A stretch of 63,650 bases of DNA, the filler included. It is 4 parts of 4 records of this genome, joined end to end, with 100 filler letters (N's around TTAATTAATTAA, not from the genome) between each part and the next. Parts side by side here need not be neighbours in the genome. Positions count along the whole stretch, not along the records: positions 24,059 to 48,610 come from SRR20825006_1190; 3 more parts are not named here. One strand, 5' to 3'. This document shows, one piece after another, positions 29,786 through 40,499 of this stretch (position 1 is its first letter; the number at the start of each line of letters is the position of its first letter). The position numbers and the translations under genes were made by a program. The notes below the pieces were generated by a model. That model saw nothing but the letters and a program-made list of their open reading frames with translations. It searched no databases and had not been told where the DNA came from.

Positions 29786-30583
29786 ATGAAAAACTGGATT
29801 AAGGTTGCATCTGCAGCTGCTATTGGCATTGCACTTAGCGCATCAGCAGCAAATGCTGCTTGGGAAAAAGTCGTTATCGCGACCGAGGGTGCCTACCCTC
29901 CGTTCAACATGATGGACGAAAACGGCAAGCTCATCGGTTTTGATGTGGATTTTGCAAACAAACTTTGTGAAACCGCCAAAATTGAGTGCGAAATCGTTGC
30001 TCAAGACTGGGATGGTATGATCCCGGGTCTTCTTGCCAAAAAATATGATGCGATCATTGCGCAGATGTCGATCACGGAAGAACGCAAGCGTTCCATCGAC
30101 TTTTCCGACTATTACAGCAGCACCCCTGCTGTTTTCGTTGGTAAAGACGGCATGAGCATCGAAGCGTTTAAAGACGGCGAAGTCATGGACGGTGCACTTG
30201 ATGGTAAAGTCATCGGTGTTCAGCGTTCGACCACCCATGCGAACTTCCTGGAAGATAACTTCCCGGGCATCGAAATCCGTATGTATGGTACGCAGGACGA
30301 AGCACTGCTTGACCTGACGGCTGGTCGCGTTGATGCAACCCTTGCTGACTCCGGTACACTTGACGATTGGCTGAAGTCCGAAGAAGCCAAAGGCTATGGC
30401 TTTGTTTCGAACCAGTTCGCACCGAGCGAATGGTTTGGCGATGGCGCAGGCATTGGTATCCGTCAGGAAGACCAGGACCTGAAAGAAATCTTCAACAAAG
30501 CTTTGGCCGAAATGCTTGAGAACGGCTCTTATGCAGAGTTGAACAAAAAGTATTTCCCGGCGATCAATCTGCATCCGAATTGA
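29786..30583 (+). CDS. Polar amino acid ABC substrate-binding protein (ArgT/HisJ family)
   Basis: ATEGAYPPFN, GFDVD, QDWDGMIPGL, MSITEER. Confidence 0.9.
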   Translation: MKNWIKVASAAAIGIALSASAANAAWEKVVIATEGAYPPFNMMDENGKLIGFDVDFANKLCETAKIECEIVAQDWDGMIPGLLAKKYDAIIAQMSITEERKRSIDFSDYYSSTPAVFVGKDGMSIEAFKDGEVMDGALDGKVIGVQRSTTHANFLEDNFPGIEIRMYGTQDEALLDLTAGRVDATLADSGTLDDWLKSEEAKGYGFVSNQFAPSEWFGDGAGIGIRQEDQDLKEIFNKALAEMLENGSYAELNKKYFPAINLHPN

Positions 30584-30599
30584 TCTGCGAAATATATCA

Positions 30600-30623
30600 G
30601 GGGCGGCAAATTATTGCCGCCCC
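30600..30623 (+). terminator. Intercistronic stem-loop after the SBP gene
   Basis: GGGGCGGCAA / TTGCCGCCCC. Confidence 0.6.
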
Positions 30624-30694
30624 ACCCTTATTGTTGTTCGGTCTTTTGTTAGGGGCGTGAAGAACGATCAGCATCAAGGAAAGCTGGAGACATT

Positions 30695-31387
30695 ATGCTC
30701 GATTTATACGGCCGCGGCTGGCAAATGCTTGAAGGGGGACTGGTTACAGTTCAACTTTGCCTAACCGTCTTGCCATTCATGATTATCATCGGATTGTTGG
30801 GCGCATCTGCCAAACTTTCCCGTTATCGTACATTGCGCATTATCGGGGAAAGCTACACCGTTCTTATTCGCGGCATTCCTGAGCTTCTTGTTATTTTATT
30901 GATCTATTTTGGTGGAACAATCGCCGTTCAGAATCTTGCTGAGTTAATATCGGGTGAAGAAACCCGTGTTGATATTCCGGCATTCTGGTCCGGTGTTGCC
31001 GCACTTGCCTTGGTTCAAGGTGCTTTCGCATCCGAAGTGTTCCGTGCGGCCATGCAATCCATTCCAATTGGCCAAATCGAAGCTGCGACCGCATGTGGCA
31101 TGAGCCCGCGCCAGATTTTCATCCGTATTAAGTTGCCGCAACTCTGGCGGTTTGCCCTTCCGGGGCTTAACAACCTGTTTCAGGTCCTGATCAAGGACAC
31201 CGCCCTTATTTCTGTGGTTGGAGTCGAAGAAATCATGCGCAAAGCGGCCATTGGTGCCGGAACAGAAAAAGCACCCTTTACCTTCTATCTGGTTGCGATG
31301 TTGATGTTCCTTGCCTTTACAACGATTTCGCTGATTGTCTTCAATCATCTTGAAAAGCGGGCTGCCCGCGGAATTGCGAGGGCGTAA
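30695..31387 (+). CDS. hisQ: Polar amino acid ABC permease, HisQ type
   Basis: RGIPELL, GQIEAATACGMS EAA loop, KDTAL. Confidence 0.85.
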   Translation: MLDLYGRGWQMLEGGLVTVQLCLTVLPFMIIIGLLGASAKLSRYRTLRIIGESYTVLIRGIPELLVILLIYFGGTIAVQNLAELISGEETRVDIPAFWSGVAALALVQGAFASEVFRAAMQSIPIGQIEAATACGMSPRQIFIRIKLPQLWRFALPGLNNLFQVLIKDTALISVVGVEEIMRKAAIGAGTEKAPFTFYLVAMLMFLAFTTISLIVFNHLEKRAARGIARA

Positions 31388-31390
31388 GAG

Positions 31391-32134
31391 ATGTTTGAAG
31401 ATCTGATATACGTTCTTGGGAAATATGACGGGTGGCTTTGGCAGGGTTTTTTGCTTACGGCTGAGTTACTGGTCATTTCCGTAACTTTCGGGACACTGCT
31501 TGCGTTCCCTCTTGCAGTAGCACGTGTTTCCAAAAAAGTCTGGATACAGGCGGTCCCGTTCGCATTCATCTATGTTTTCCGTGGCACACCGCTGATCGGT
31601 CAGCTGTTCATGATGTATTACGGTGTTGGTCAGCTTGTTTCAAACATTGATGGCATTCAGGATCACTGGAGCTGGGTCTATTTACGCAATCCCTATTGGT
31701 ATTGCCTGCTGACCTTTGTTTTAAACACGGCTGCCTATGTTGCCGAAATTATGCGTGGTGGCATTCAGAATGTGCCGAGTGGAGAATTGGAAGCGGCACG
31801 TGCTTGCGGCATGTCATCATCGACGACATATCGCCGCATCATTTTCCCCCGCATGTGGCAAATGATCTGGCCTGCTTACACCAATGATGTGATCTTTACG
31901 CTTAAGGCCACCTCGCTTGCATCGACCGTCACCATGATGGAATTGACCGGTGCGGCGCGCAAAATTGTCGCGCGAACGGCCCTGCCCTATGAAGCGTTTA
32001 TTTCTGCCGGCGTGATCTATTTGATCATCGTCTATACCCTGACATTTGGCTTTAAGGGTGTTGAGCGTTATTTGCGCCGGAACGAACGCCGTAAAGACAA
32101 AGCGCCAGGGGCTGCCAAACCAGCCTCCGCATAA
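31391..32134 (+). CDS. hisM: Polar amino acid ABC permease, HisM type
   Basis: FRGTPL, NTAAY, ELEAARACGMS, KATSLAS. Confidence 0.85.
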   Translation: MFEDLIYVLGKYDGWLWQGFLLTAELLVISVTFGTLLAFPLAVARVSKKVWIQAVPFAFIYVFRGTPLIGQLFMMYYGVGQLVSNIDGIQDHWSWVYLRNPYWYCLLTFVLNTAAYVAEIMRGGIQNVPSGELEAARACGMSSSTTYRRIIFPRMWQMIWPAYTNDVIFTLKATSLASTVTMMELTGAARKIVARTALPYEAFISAGVIYLIIVYTLTFGFKGVERYLRRNERRKDKAPGAAKPASA

Positions 32135-32252
32135 GATTTAGAATACGAAAGCGGCCCGGTATCTTGGCGATAGGCATCCGCAAAACTGATGCGACATGCT
32201 TTGATCCAGCCGGGCTTCTTTGCCCCACGTCGCCATTTTCCAGGATACCACC

Positions 32253-33392
32253 ATGCAAGAAGAACGCATTGAACTCCTTCGCCCCCAGATGGGCACATCC
32301 CGTGCATTAACGGTGCGCCGTTATGGCAAAGCCGGTTCAGGTCCAAAAGCCTATTTCCAGGCGGCGTTGCACGCCGATGAGCTTCCCGGTGTCATCACCT
32401 TGCATCATCTTGAAGCGCTTTTGAAAAAAGCGGATGAAAAGGGTGAAATCACCGGCGAGATTGTCGTTGTACCGTTCGCCAACCCGATTGGCTTTACGCA
32501 ATATGTCGATATGAAACCGCTTGGCCGGTTTGAGATGCGCAGCGGTCAGAACTTCAACCGTCACTACCCCGATCTGAGTGGTGCGCTGATCGATGCTGTT
32601 GACGGAAAACTTGGTCAAAACCCGGACGAAAACGTCAAATTGATCCGTGCTGAATTGCGTCGCCTCATTGTGGAACATCGCAAGGATGTGAGCCCATTGA
32701 CCGATCTGCAGGACCTTCGTCTTACCTTGGCGGAACTTGCAATTGATGCCGATTATGTGATGGATCTGCATTGTGATTGGGAAGCACCGATGCATCTTTA
32801 CATCAGCGATCATAACTGGCCAGATGCCGCGGATCTGTCCGCACAAATCGGATCAGCATGCAGCCTGATCGCCGAAATTAGCGGCGACAACCCGTTTGAC
32901 GAGGCGTTTAGCCGTCCATGGGTCGAACTCCGCCGTGCATATGGCGACAAATTCCAGATCCCGATGGCGACCCTTGCAACCACCATTGAATTGCGTGGTG
33001 ACCGCGATGTTTATGATGAATATGCCATTCCAGATGCGACAAACATGTTCAAGTTTCTGCAACGCCGCGGGTTAATTTCAGGTGATCCGGGGCCCCTGCC
33101 CGAAGCAAAATGTGATGCGACCCCGCTTTCAGGTGTTGATCGTGTGATGGCGCCACATGGCGGTATGGTTGTGTTTGCTGCCCAAGCTGGCGCAAAGGTC
33201 AAAGCAGGTCAAGAATTAGGATATGTTCTTGATTGCGAAACCGGTGAAAAGACTGTGTTTTCAAGCAGTGTTGATGGCGTTCTGTATTCCCGAATTGGAA
33301 CGCGCTTGATCGTGCCGGGGGGATATTTGTGTTCTGTTGCTGGTGACAAGCCGATAGACGGACGTGAAGGACAGCTGTTGTTGTCGAAATAA
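32253..33392 (+). CDS. Succinylglutamate desuccinylase/aspartoacylase (M14) family protein
   Basis: LHADE, ANPIG, NFNR, DLHCD, TIELRG. Confidence 0.88.
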   Translation: MQEERIELLRPQMGTSRALTVRRYGKAGSGPKAYFQAALHADELPGVITLHHLEALLKKADEKGEITGEIVVVPFANPIGFTQYVDMKPLGRFEMRSGQNFNRHYPDLSGALIDAVDGKLGQNPDENVKLIRAELRRLIVEHRKDVSPLTDLQDLRLTLAELAIDADYVMDLHCDWEAPMHLYISDHNWPDAADLSAQIGSACSLIAEISGDNPFDEAFSRPWVELRRAYGDKFQIPMATLATTIELRGDRDVYDEYAIPDATNMFKFLQRRGLISGDPGPLPEAKCDATPLSGVDRVMAPHGGMVVFAAQAGAKVKAGQELGYVLDCETGEKTVFSSSVDGVLYSRIGTRLIVPGGYLCSVAGDKPIDGREGQLLLSK

Positions 33393-33629
33393 CTTTTCTT
33401 TCCAGCGTTCAGAGCCGGTTCTTCCTGTTCTGATTGAAACTGTGTTTTAGGACGGATTGATTGATTGCCGGGGCAAGGTTGGGTACCTTCGTGGCTGTTG
33501 ATTGATCCGTCTTTTTTTTTGAGATCAGATGTGGTCTTAAACCCGACTTTCGCCGCTATCTTGTGCATTGATATGAGATCGCGACGTTTACCAAAATAAC
33601 CGCGCACGGCGCGTTGCTAGGATGCTTTG

Positions 33630-34463
33630 ATGTTCGACCCGAAAACTGTTTCTGACGTAATTGCTGCTGCCAAACAAAAGGCAGTGGCCGACGCTGATAC
33701 TGCGCGTCGTGCCATTTCCGTTCTGGACCTTACCAGTCTGAATGACGATGACACGCCAGAGGTCATCGAATCTCTTTGCAAGCGTGCCCAAACCCCTGAG
33801 GGTAATACGGCTGCTGTTTGCGTCTATGCCCCGTTTGTCGAAACATCATGGCGCACGCTGGGGCAATGCGGTGTTAAAACCGCCACGGTGGTGAATTTCC
33901 CCGAAGGCGGAACCAATGCGCAGCGTGTCGGGGATGAAACCGCTGACTGCGTAGCAAAGGGTGCAGACGAAATTGATCTGGTTTTCCCCTACAAAGCGTT
34001 CCTTGACGGTGACAGCGCAATTGCGGCTGAAGTGGTCGATGCCACACGGATGGCCTGCGGTCCGATGACGACGATGAAAGTCATTCTTGAAAGTGGCGCG
34101 TTTGATGACCTGACCAAGGTTTACGAAGCAGCCCGCCTTGCGATCAAGCATGGTGCGAATTTTGTGAAAACATCTACCGGGAAAGTGCCTGTCGGCGCGA
34201 CACCGGAAACGGCTGTTGCCATGTTAAGTGCAATTCGTGATGCCCGTGATGAAGATGGTGTTGATGCAGGTTTCAAGGCATCTGGCGGGGTTAAAACCAC
34301 CGAAGATGCAGCCCTTTATATTGCAATTGCCGATAGCATCATGGGCGATGGCTGGGCCAGGCCTGAAACGTTCCGCTTTGGGGCAAGTGGCGTTTTGACG
34401 GCCCTTCTTGCGACTTGTGGCGTCAATCCGGGTGATGCACCTGCTGCGACTGGCAACTATTAG
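33630..34463 (+). CDS. deoC: Deoxyribose-phosphate aldolase
   Basis: LDLTSL, GADEID, KVILE, FVKTSTGK, GFKASGG, FRFGAS. Confidence 0.95.
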   Translation: MFDPKTVSDVIAAAKQKAVADADTARRAISVLDLTSLNDDDTPEVIESLCKRAQTPEGNTAAVCVYAPFVETSWRTLGQCGVKTATVVNFPEGGTNAQRVGDETADCVAKGADEIDLVFPYKAFLDGDSAIAAEVVDATRMACGPMTTMKVILESGAFDDLTKVYEAARLAIKHGANFVKTSTGKVPVGATPETAVAMLSAIRDARDEDGVDAGFKASGGVKTTEDAALYIAIADSIMGDGWARPETFRFGASGVLTALLATCGVNPGDAPAATGNY

Positions 34464-34522
34464 AAAAACTGACTATCTGCGAGATAAGATATTCGCCAGA
34501 TCAGGCTTGAAGGAAGACATCA

Positions 34523-35746
34523 ATGGCACGTGCCATCATCATTGTAGCAGACAGTTTTGGAATTGGCTCTGCACCGGACGCATCGAAATTCGGTGATCAG
34601 GGTTCAGATACCCTTGGTCATATTGCAGAACATTGCGCCAAGGGCATTGCCGACAGCGATCATCGCAGCGGCGAGTTGAATGTTCCCAATATGGTGGCAC
34701 TTGGTCTGGGCGAAGCAGCCAAAGATGCGACGGGCCGCGTTCCGCCGGGACTGGACCATGGAGGTGCGATTATTGGTGCCTTTGGTCATGCCAAGGAACT
34801 GTCGCGCGGCAAGGATACCCCAAGTGGCCATTGGGAAATTGCCGGTGTGCCAGTTGACTTTGACTGGGGTTATTTTCCGCTGACCGTTCCGACATTCCCG
34901 GCTGAACTGACAGATGAACTGATTAAACAGGCAAAACTGCCGGGTATATTGGGCAACTGTCACGCGTCGGGTACCAACATCATTGCTGAACTCGGGCAGG
35001 AACATATCAAGTCCGGAATGCCGATTTGCTATACCTCGGCCGATAGTGTGTTTCAGATTGCCGCCCATGAAGAGCATTTTGGTCTGGACCGTCTTTATGA
35101 GGTCTGCGAGATCGCATTTAAATTGGTCGAGCCCTATAACATCGGCCGTGTGATTGCTCGCCCGTTCATCGGTGAAAGCCCGGCTGATTTCAAACGTACG
35201 TCCAATCGTCGCGATATCGCAGTGCCGCCGCACAAACCGACCCTGCTTGAACAGTTTAGTGATACGGGTGGCAAGGTGATTTCGGTTGGCAAGATCGCAG
35301 ACATCTATGCCCATCGTGGCATTGCCAAAAAGGTAAAAGCATCGGGTAATATGGCGCTTTTTGATGCCATGATGACCGAAATTGTCGAGGCGCCCGATAA
35401 CAGCATTGTGTTCACCAACCTGGTGGACTTCGATATGGAATTCGGTCACCGTCGTGACGTTCCGGGCTATGCAAACGCACTTGAAGAATTTGATAAACGC
35501 ATCCCGGAACTTCGTGCTGTGCTGAAACCAGGTGATCTGGTGATCATTACTGCTGACCATGGCTGTGATCCATCTTGGCGGGGCAATGATCATACCCGTG
35601 AGTTTGTTCCGATCTTGGCATTCGGTCCGGCAATCGCACCCGGCCCGTTGGGGATGCGTGAAACTTTTGCCGATATCGGACAAACGGTTGCCGATCACCT
35701 TGGGATTGCACCGCTTGGAACAGGCACCTCTTTCTTGAATGGATAA
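34523..35746 (+). CDS. deoB: Phosphopentomutase
   Basis: [48 protein letters not shown]. Confidence 0.96.
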   Translation: MARAIIIVADSFGIGSAPDASKFGDQGSDTLGHIAEHCAKGIADSDHRSGELNVPNMVALGLGEAAKDATGRVPPGLDHGGAIIGAFGHAKELSRGKDTPSGHWEIAGVPVDFDWGYFPLTVPTFPAELTDELIKQAKLPGILGNCHASGTNIIAELGQEHIKSGMPICYTSADSVFQIAAHEEHFGLDRLYEVCEIAFKLVEPYNIGRVIARPFIGESPADFKRTSNRRDIAVPPHKPTLLEQFSDTGGKVISVGKIADIYAHRGIAKKVKASGNMALFDAMMTEIVEAPDNSIVFTNLVDFDMEFGHRRDVPGYANALEEFDKRIPELRAVLKPGDLVIITADHGCDPSWRGNDHTREFVPILAFGPAIAPGPLGMRETFADIGQTVADHLGIAPLGTGTSFLNG

Positions 35747-36437
35747 CGTCGTGAACTGGCAGGTCGGACAAAGCGAAACATCAATGACACCCATCCGGAT
35801 CGAAGCGATTGTCGATACGATTTGCCCATGGTGCTACATCGGGAAAAAGCGTCTGGAAAAGGCACTGTCGCGTGAGAAACTTGACAATCTGATCATTAAT
35901 TGGCGCCCTTTCCTGTTGAACCCGGATATGCCAAGTGGTGGCATAGACCGCAAACTGTATCTATCGGCAAAATTTGGCGGGGCTGACAGTGCAACCCGCG
36001 TTTACAAGGCGATTGAAGATGCAGGTGCTGCTGTTGGTATTGATTTCAAATTTGAAGATATCAAAGTCACGCCGGATTCAACGGATTCTCATCGTCTGAT
36101 CTACAAGGTTTGCGCAGAACGTCCAGCCGTTGGCAATGCGTTGGTTGAAGACCTGTTTGTTGCCTATTTCCTTGAAGGGCAAGACATTGGCGACCATGAG
36201 CTGTTGGCTGAAATTGCCGTGCGCCATGGTAGCGACCGTATGGAAACTTTGGAATATCTGGCGGGTGATATGGACCGCGAATTTGTCGGTCAAGAAAACC
36301 GCGTGGCCCATCAAATGGGTGTGACCGGGGTTCCCTGTTTCCTGTTTAACAGCCGTCACGCACTTTCCGGCGCACAGGAACCTGATATTTTACAACGGAT
36401 GATCCGGCTTGCGCGACAGGAAGAAATGCCCGTTTAA
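35739..36437 (+). CDS. DsbA family oxidoreductase (FrnE-like)
   Basis: [21 protein letters not shown]. True start may be ATG 35784. Confidence 0.88.
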   Translation: MDNVVNWQVGQSETSMTPIRIEAIVDTICPWCYIGKKRLEKALSREKLDNLIINWRPFLLNPDMPSGGIDRKLYLSAKFGGADSATRVYKAIEDAGAAVGIDFKFEDIKVTPDSTDSHRLIYKVCAERPAVGNALVEDLFVAYFLEGQDIGDHELLAEIAVRHGSDRMETLEYLAGDMDREFVGQENRVAHQMGVTGVPCFLFNSRHALSGAQEPDILQRMIRLARQEEMPV

Positions 36438-36456
36438 CGCTTCTAGTTAGCAAGGC

Positions 36457-36491
36457 AAAAAGGCGGGATAACAATTTGTTATCCCGCCTTT
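36457..36491. terminator. Bidirectional terminator between the DsbA gene and mfd
   Basis: AAAGGCGGGATAACA / TGTTATCCCGCCTTT. Confidence 0.8.
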
Positions 36492-36493
36492 CT

Positions 36494-39400
36494 TTATGTG
36501 CTAACTGCGATGTCGGACAGCCGTTTCATCAGACGTTTAAGGCCTTCAAGACGATCAGTCGGGCCATCCCATCCTGCGGCATAGACAATCTTGTGATCCG
36601 GTCGCAGGCGCGCGACGCCGACCTGTTGCTGAATAAATCCGATCAATCCACCCGGATTGGGGAATTCGTTATTATGCAGCGTGATCAAAGCACCTTTCGG
36701 ACCGGCATCAAGCTTTTCAATATTTGCGACACGGCACCATTGTTTGATGGTGACGACATCCAGAAGGTTTTCGACCTCTTTGGGCAGCTTGCCGAACCGA
36801 TCGATCATTTCCGCTGCGAACTGGTCAACTTCTTCGCGCGAACGCAATTCCGAAATTCGGCGATAAAGTCCAAGGCGAACACCCAGATCCGGAACATAAC
36901 GATCCGGGATAAGAACCGGCATGCCAATATTGATCTGTGGGATGAAGCTTGCTTCTTCAGACGCGTCAATCTCACCTTTGGCCTCGGCCACGGCCTCTTC
37001 GATCATTTGCTGATAAAGCTCGATCCCGACTTCCTTGATGTGACCGGACTGTTCTTCGCCAAGCAAATTGCCTGCACCACGAATATCAAGATCATGACTG
37101 GCAAGGTTGAACCCGGCACCAAGGTTATCAAGCGTTTGCATGACTTCAAGGCGCTTAAGTGCTGTTGCGGTCAGCTTCTTACCGTTCGGCAATGTGAGAT
37201 AGGCATAGGCACGTTGCTTGGATCGGCCGATACGGCCGCGCAGCTGATAAAGCTGCGCCAACCCAAACATATCTGCGCGATGGATGATCATGGTATTGGC
37301 GTTTGGAACGTCGATCCCTGATTCAATGATATTTGTCGCAAGCAGCAGGTCAAACTTACGATCTGTGAAATCGGTCATCACCTGTTCAAGATCACGGGCA
37401 CCCATTTGACCATGGGCCACATCAAACTTGATTTCGGGTACAAGGCTTTCAAGTTCCTTGGCCACCCGGCCGAGTTCATTAACGCGCGGGCAAACATAAA
37501 ATATCTGACCACCACGATGACGTTCGCGCAAAATTGCTTCGCGCACAACAACCGGGTCATAGGGCGTGATATAGGTTCGGACAGCCAATCGGTCGACTGG
37601 CGGCGTGGCAATGATCGACAGTTCCTTCACCCCGGTCAAAGCAAGCTGCAAGGTCCTTGGGATCGGTGTTGCCGTCAAGGTCAGGACGTGAACATCGGAT
37701 TTCAGTTCTTTTAAGCGTTCTTTGTGCTTAACCCCGAAATGCTGTTCTTCATCCACGACCAAAAGACCAAGGTCCTTGAAATGAACGCCATTGCCCAAAA
37801 GCGCATGGGTGCCGCAAACGATATCGACATGCCCGCTTTCGATATTGTCTTTCACCAGTTTTGCGTTTTTGCCGGTGACCAAACGTGAAAGTTGCTCCAC
37901 CCGAACCGGCAGGCCATCAAATCGTTGCTTGAAGTTCAGATAATGCTGTCGGCACAAAAGAGTTGTCGGTGCAACGATGGCAACCTGTTTCCCTGACATC
38001 ACCGCGGCAAAAGCCGCACGCATCGCAACTTCGGTTTTGCCAAAGCCAACATCACCACACACAAGCCGATCCATTGGCTTACCCGCGGAAAGGTCATCTA
38101 GCGTATCGTTAATCGCCCGCGCCTGATCTTCGGTCTCGGCAAACGGGAAACCGGCACAGAATTCGTCATAATTGCCTTCGGGTGCTTGCAAAACAGCGCC
38201 TTTGCGCAGATGACGTTCGGCAGCAACCTTGATCAGTTTACCAGCCATATCGCGAATACGTTCGCGCAATTTGGCTTTGCGGGCCTGCCAAGCAACACCG
38301 CCCAGCTTATCAAGGATCGATAAGCCCTCGTCCGAGCCATAGCGTGACAGCACTTCGATGTTTTCAACCGGCACAAACAGCTTGTCACCGCCATCATATT
38401 CCAACTCAAGGCAATCATGCGGGGCACCACCGGCTGTCACGGTTTTCAGGCCAAGATAACGGCCGATACCGTGTTCCAGATGAACAACAATATCGCCTTC
38501 GGAAATTTCCGATGCTTCGCGCAGGAAGTTGTCCGCCTTGCGGCGGCGACCACCCGGGCGACTCATACGGTCGCCAAGGATGTCCTGTTCGGTTACAAAC
38601 CAAAGGCCCTTGCGACGGAAACCACGTTCGATATCAAGGATGACAACGCCAACATGCTCATGGCTAAGATCATCAATGACGTCTTCCCAGCATTCGCAAG
38701 GCACAACCTTGCCAACGCCATGCTCGCGTAACAACGACACGATCCGGTCACGTGAACCATCGGAATAGGTTGCGATTACTACCTGATTTTCTTTGCCACG
38801 CTGGGCCGTGATAAAATCACGCAGTTCATCATAAAGATTGGTGTCCGCACGCGCACGCACATCGCCAAAGTCCCGCCCGGCCCGTGCGCCAAGATCAAAA
38901 ATCCCGCGTTCGGGGTTTTCATCGTCGTAGTACGGCGAATATTCCAAAACAGTCCGATCCGATAACATTCGGTCAAATTCGGCATGATCAAGATAAAGTC
39001 GTTCTGTCGGAACCGGCTTATAAACGTTATCACCGGCAAGCCCGCCGCCCTTGATGTTCAGGCGTGCCTGATAGTAATCGTCAATCATCTCAAGACGGTT
39101 TTCGATAACTTCGCTGTACTGATAATCAAGGGTGACAATGCTGTCTGGCAAATAAGCAAATATCGTATCAAGCCCGTCATGGAACAGCGGCATCCAGTGT
39201 TCCATGCCACCATATTTCAGGCCGTTCGAGATCGATTCATAGAGCGGATCGGTTTGAGATACCGCGCCAAATAATTCACGATATCCGCTGCGGAAACGCG
39301 AAATACTGTCAGGATCAAGAAACACTTCGCCCACCGGAAGAAGTGCGATTTCTTTAACCTTGCCGACGGTGCGTTGGCTTTCAACGTCAAATCGGCGGAT

Positions 39401-39991
39401 GCTTTCGATTTCATCGCCAAAGAAATCAAGACGTACCGGGTCTTTCATGCCAGGGGCAAAGATATCAACTATATCACCCCGAACGGCATAATCACCGGGT
39501 TCCATCACCTGTTCAGCCCGGTTGTAGCCCATGCGTTCAAAATACACGGTCAGTTCCGTGCGGTCATATTCTGTGCCAGCTTTGAAGGCGAGCTTACCTT
39601 TGCGCATCACATCAACACGCGGAACACGCTGCACCGCAGCCGCCGCTGTTGTTAGCACGATACGTCCAAAGCCAGCCGCCGGTTTGGTTCCTTCTGACAG
39701 CGTGGTCAGGGTTTCAATACGGCGTGCGGTGACTTCTGAAATCGGTGAAACACGATCATATGGAAGGCAATCCCAAGCCGGCAGAGTCAAAACTTCGACT
39801 TCGCCGGCAAAAAAGCGCAATGCTTCTGCCAATTGCGACATGCGTTTGTCATCGCGCGCAATATGCAGGATGGTTGCGTTCTTTTCCGCTGCCTCCAATA
39901 GCTCACGCAGGATCAGGGCGTCAGAACCTTCGGGGACCCCGCCAACACGTTTGCGACCTTTGGTCGATATGATTTCTTTGCTTTTATTCAA
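36494..39991 (-). CDS. mfd: Transcription-repair coupling factor
   Basis: PAWDCLPYDRVSP, CGDVGFGKTEVA, DEEQHFGV, TATPIPRT, QLRGRIGRS, DLDIRGAGNLLG. Confidence 0.97.
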   Translation of the reverse strand: MNKSKEIISTKGRKRVGGVPEGSDALILRELLEAAEKNATILHIARDDKRMSQLAEALRFFAGEVEVLTLPAWDCLPYDRVSPISEVTARRIETLTTLSEGTKPAAGFGRIVLTTAAAAVQRVPRVDVMRKGKLAFKAGTEYDRTELTVYFERMGYNRAEQVMEPGDYAVRGDIVDIFAPGMKDPVRLDFFGDEIESIRRFDVESQRTVGKVKEIALLPVGEVFLDPDSISRFRSGYRELFGAVSQTDPLYESISNGLKYGGMEHWMPLFHDGLDTIFAYLPDSIVTLDYQYSEVIENRLEMIDDYYQARLNIKGGGLAGDNVYKPVPTERLYLDHAEFDRMLSDRTVLEYSPYYDDENPERGIFDLGARAGRDFGDVRARADTNLYDELRDFITAQRGKENQVVIATYSDGSRDRIVSLLREHGVGKVVPCECWEDVIDDLSHEHVGVVILDIERGFRRKGLWFVTEQDILGDRMSRPGGRRRKADNFLREASEISEGDIVVHLEHGIGRYLGLKTVTAGGAPHDCLELEYDGGDKLFVPVENIEVLSRYGSDEGLSILDKLGGVAWQARKAKLRERIRDMAGKLIKVAAERHLRKGAVLQAPEGNYDEFCAGFPFAETEDQARAINDTLDDLSAGKPMDRLVCGDVGFGKTEVAMRAAFAAVMSGKQVAIVAPTTLLCRQHYLNFKQRFDGLPVRVEQLSRLVTGKNAKLVKDNIESGHVDIVCGTHALLGNGVHFKDLGLLVVDEEQHFGVKHKERLKELKSDVHVLTLTATPIPRTLQLALTGVKELSIIATPPVDRLAVRTYITPYDPVVVREAILRERHRGGQIFYVCPRVNELGRVAKELESLVPEIKFDVAHGQMGARDLEQVMTDFTDRKFDLLLATNIIESGIDVPNANTMIIHRADMFGLAQLYQLRGRIGRSKQRAYAYLTLPNGKKLTATALKRLEVMQTLDNLGAGFNLASHDLDIRGAGNLLGEEQSGHIKEVGIELYQQMIEEAVAEAKGEIDASEEASFIPQINIGMPVLIPDRYVPDLGVRLGLYRRISELRSREEVDQFAAEMIDRFGKLPKEVENLLDVVTIKQWCRVANIEKLDAGPKGALITLHNNEFPNPGGLIGFIQQQVGVARLRPDHKIVYAAGWDGPTDRLEGLKRLMKRLSDIAVST

Positions 39992-39998
39992 TGGATTA

Positions 39999-40271
39999 TC
40001 AGGCGTTGCTCAATTCCTGAATCATCTGCAATACGTCGGTATCGTACTGCGCGGGTGCCGCTTCCTTGCCCGTCGCCCATTTAAAGAAATCCGCATCCGG
40101 GACTTCGTTAATCAGCACTTCAAAGGCATCAAGCTGGTCTTCAGTCAAAGTGTTGAGATGCTTGTCCATAAAGCGCCCCATCAGGATATCGTTTTCTTTG
40201 GTGCCGCGATGGCTGCCACGGAACAGCAGCTTCTTGCGCCGCATTTCAAGTTCCGAAATGTTTTCAGTCAT
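39999..40271 (-). CDS. sdhE: FAD assembly factor SdhE (Sdh5)
   Basis: RKKLLFRGSHRGTKEND (RGxxE); lies between recG and mfd, as is usual in Alphaproteobacteria. Confidence 0.9.
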   Translation of the reverse strand: MTENISELEMRRKKLLFRGSHRGTKENDILMGRFMDKHLNTLTEDQLDAFEVLINEVPDADFFKWATGKEAAPAQYDTDVLQMIQELSNA

Positions 40272-40499
40272 GATCGATCTCCTGGCTTATTCTTTGGGGC
40301 GCCCTGTTACCGGGCTGCCGCACATTATTCTGTGGCAAGGTTTGTACGGCAAAACGCCGTCTGGGTCCATGCTGTGATCAGGCGATTTTGCATCAATTGG
40401 TGACTTGACGGTTGTAGCAGGATAATTTTGTTGTATACCCGTGACGTAAACGCAATTGTTCTATTAACGTTCTCATCGAAAGTTGCAACGAAAACCGAC

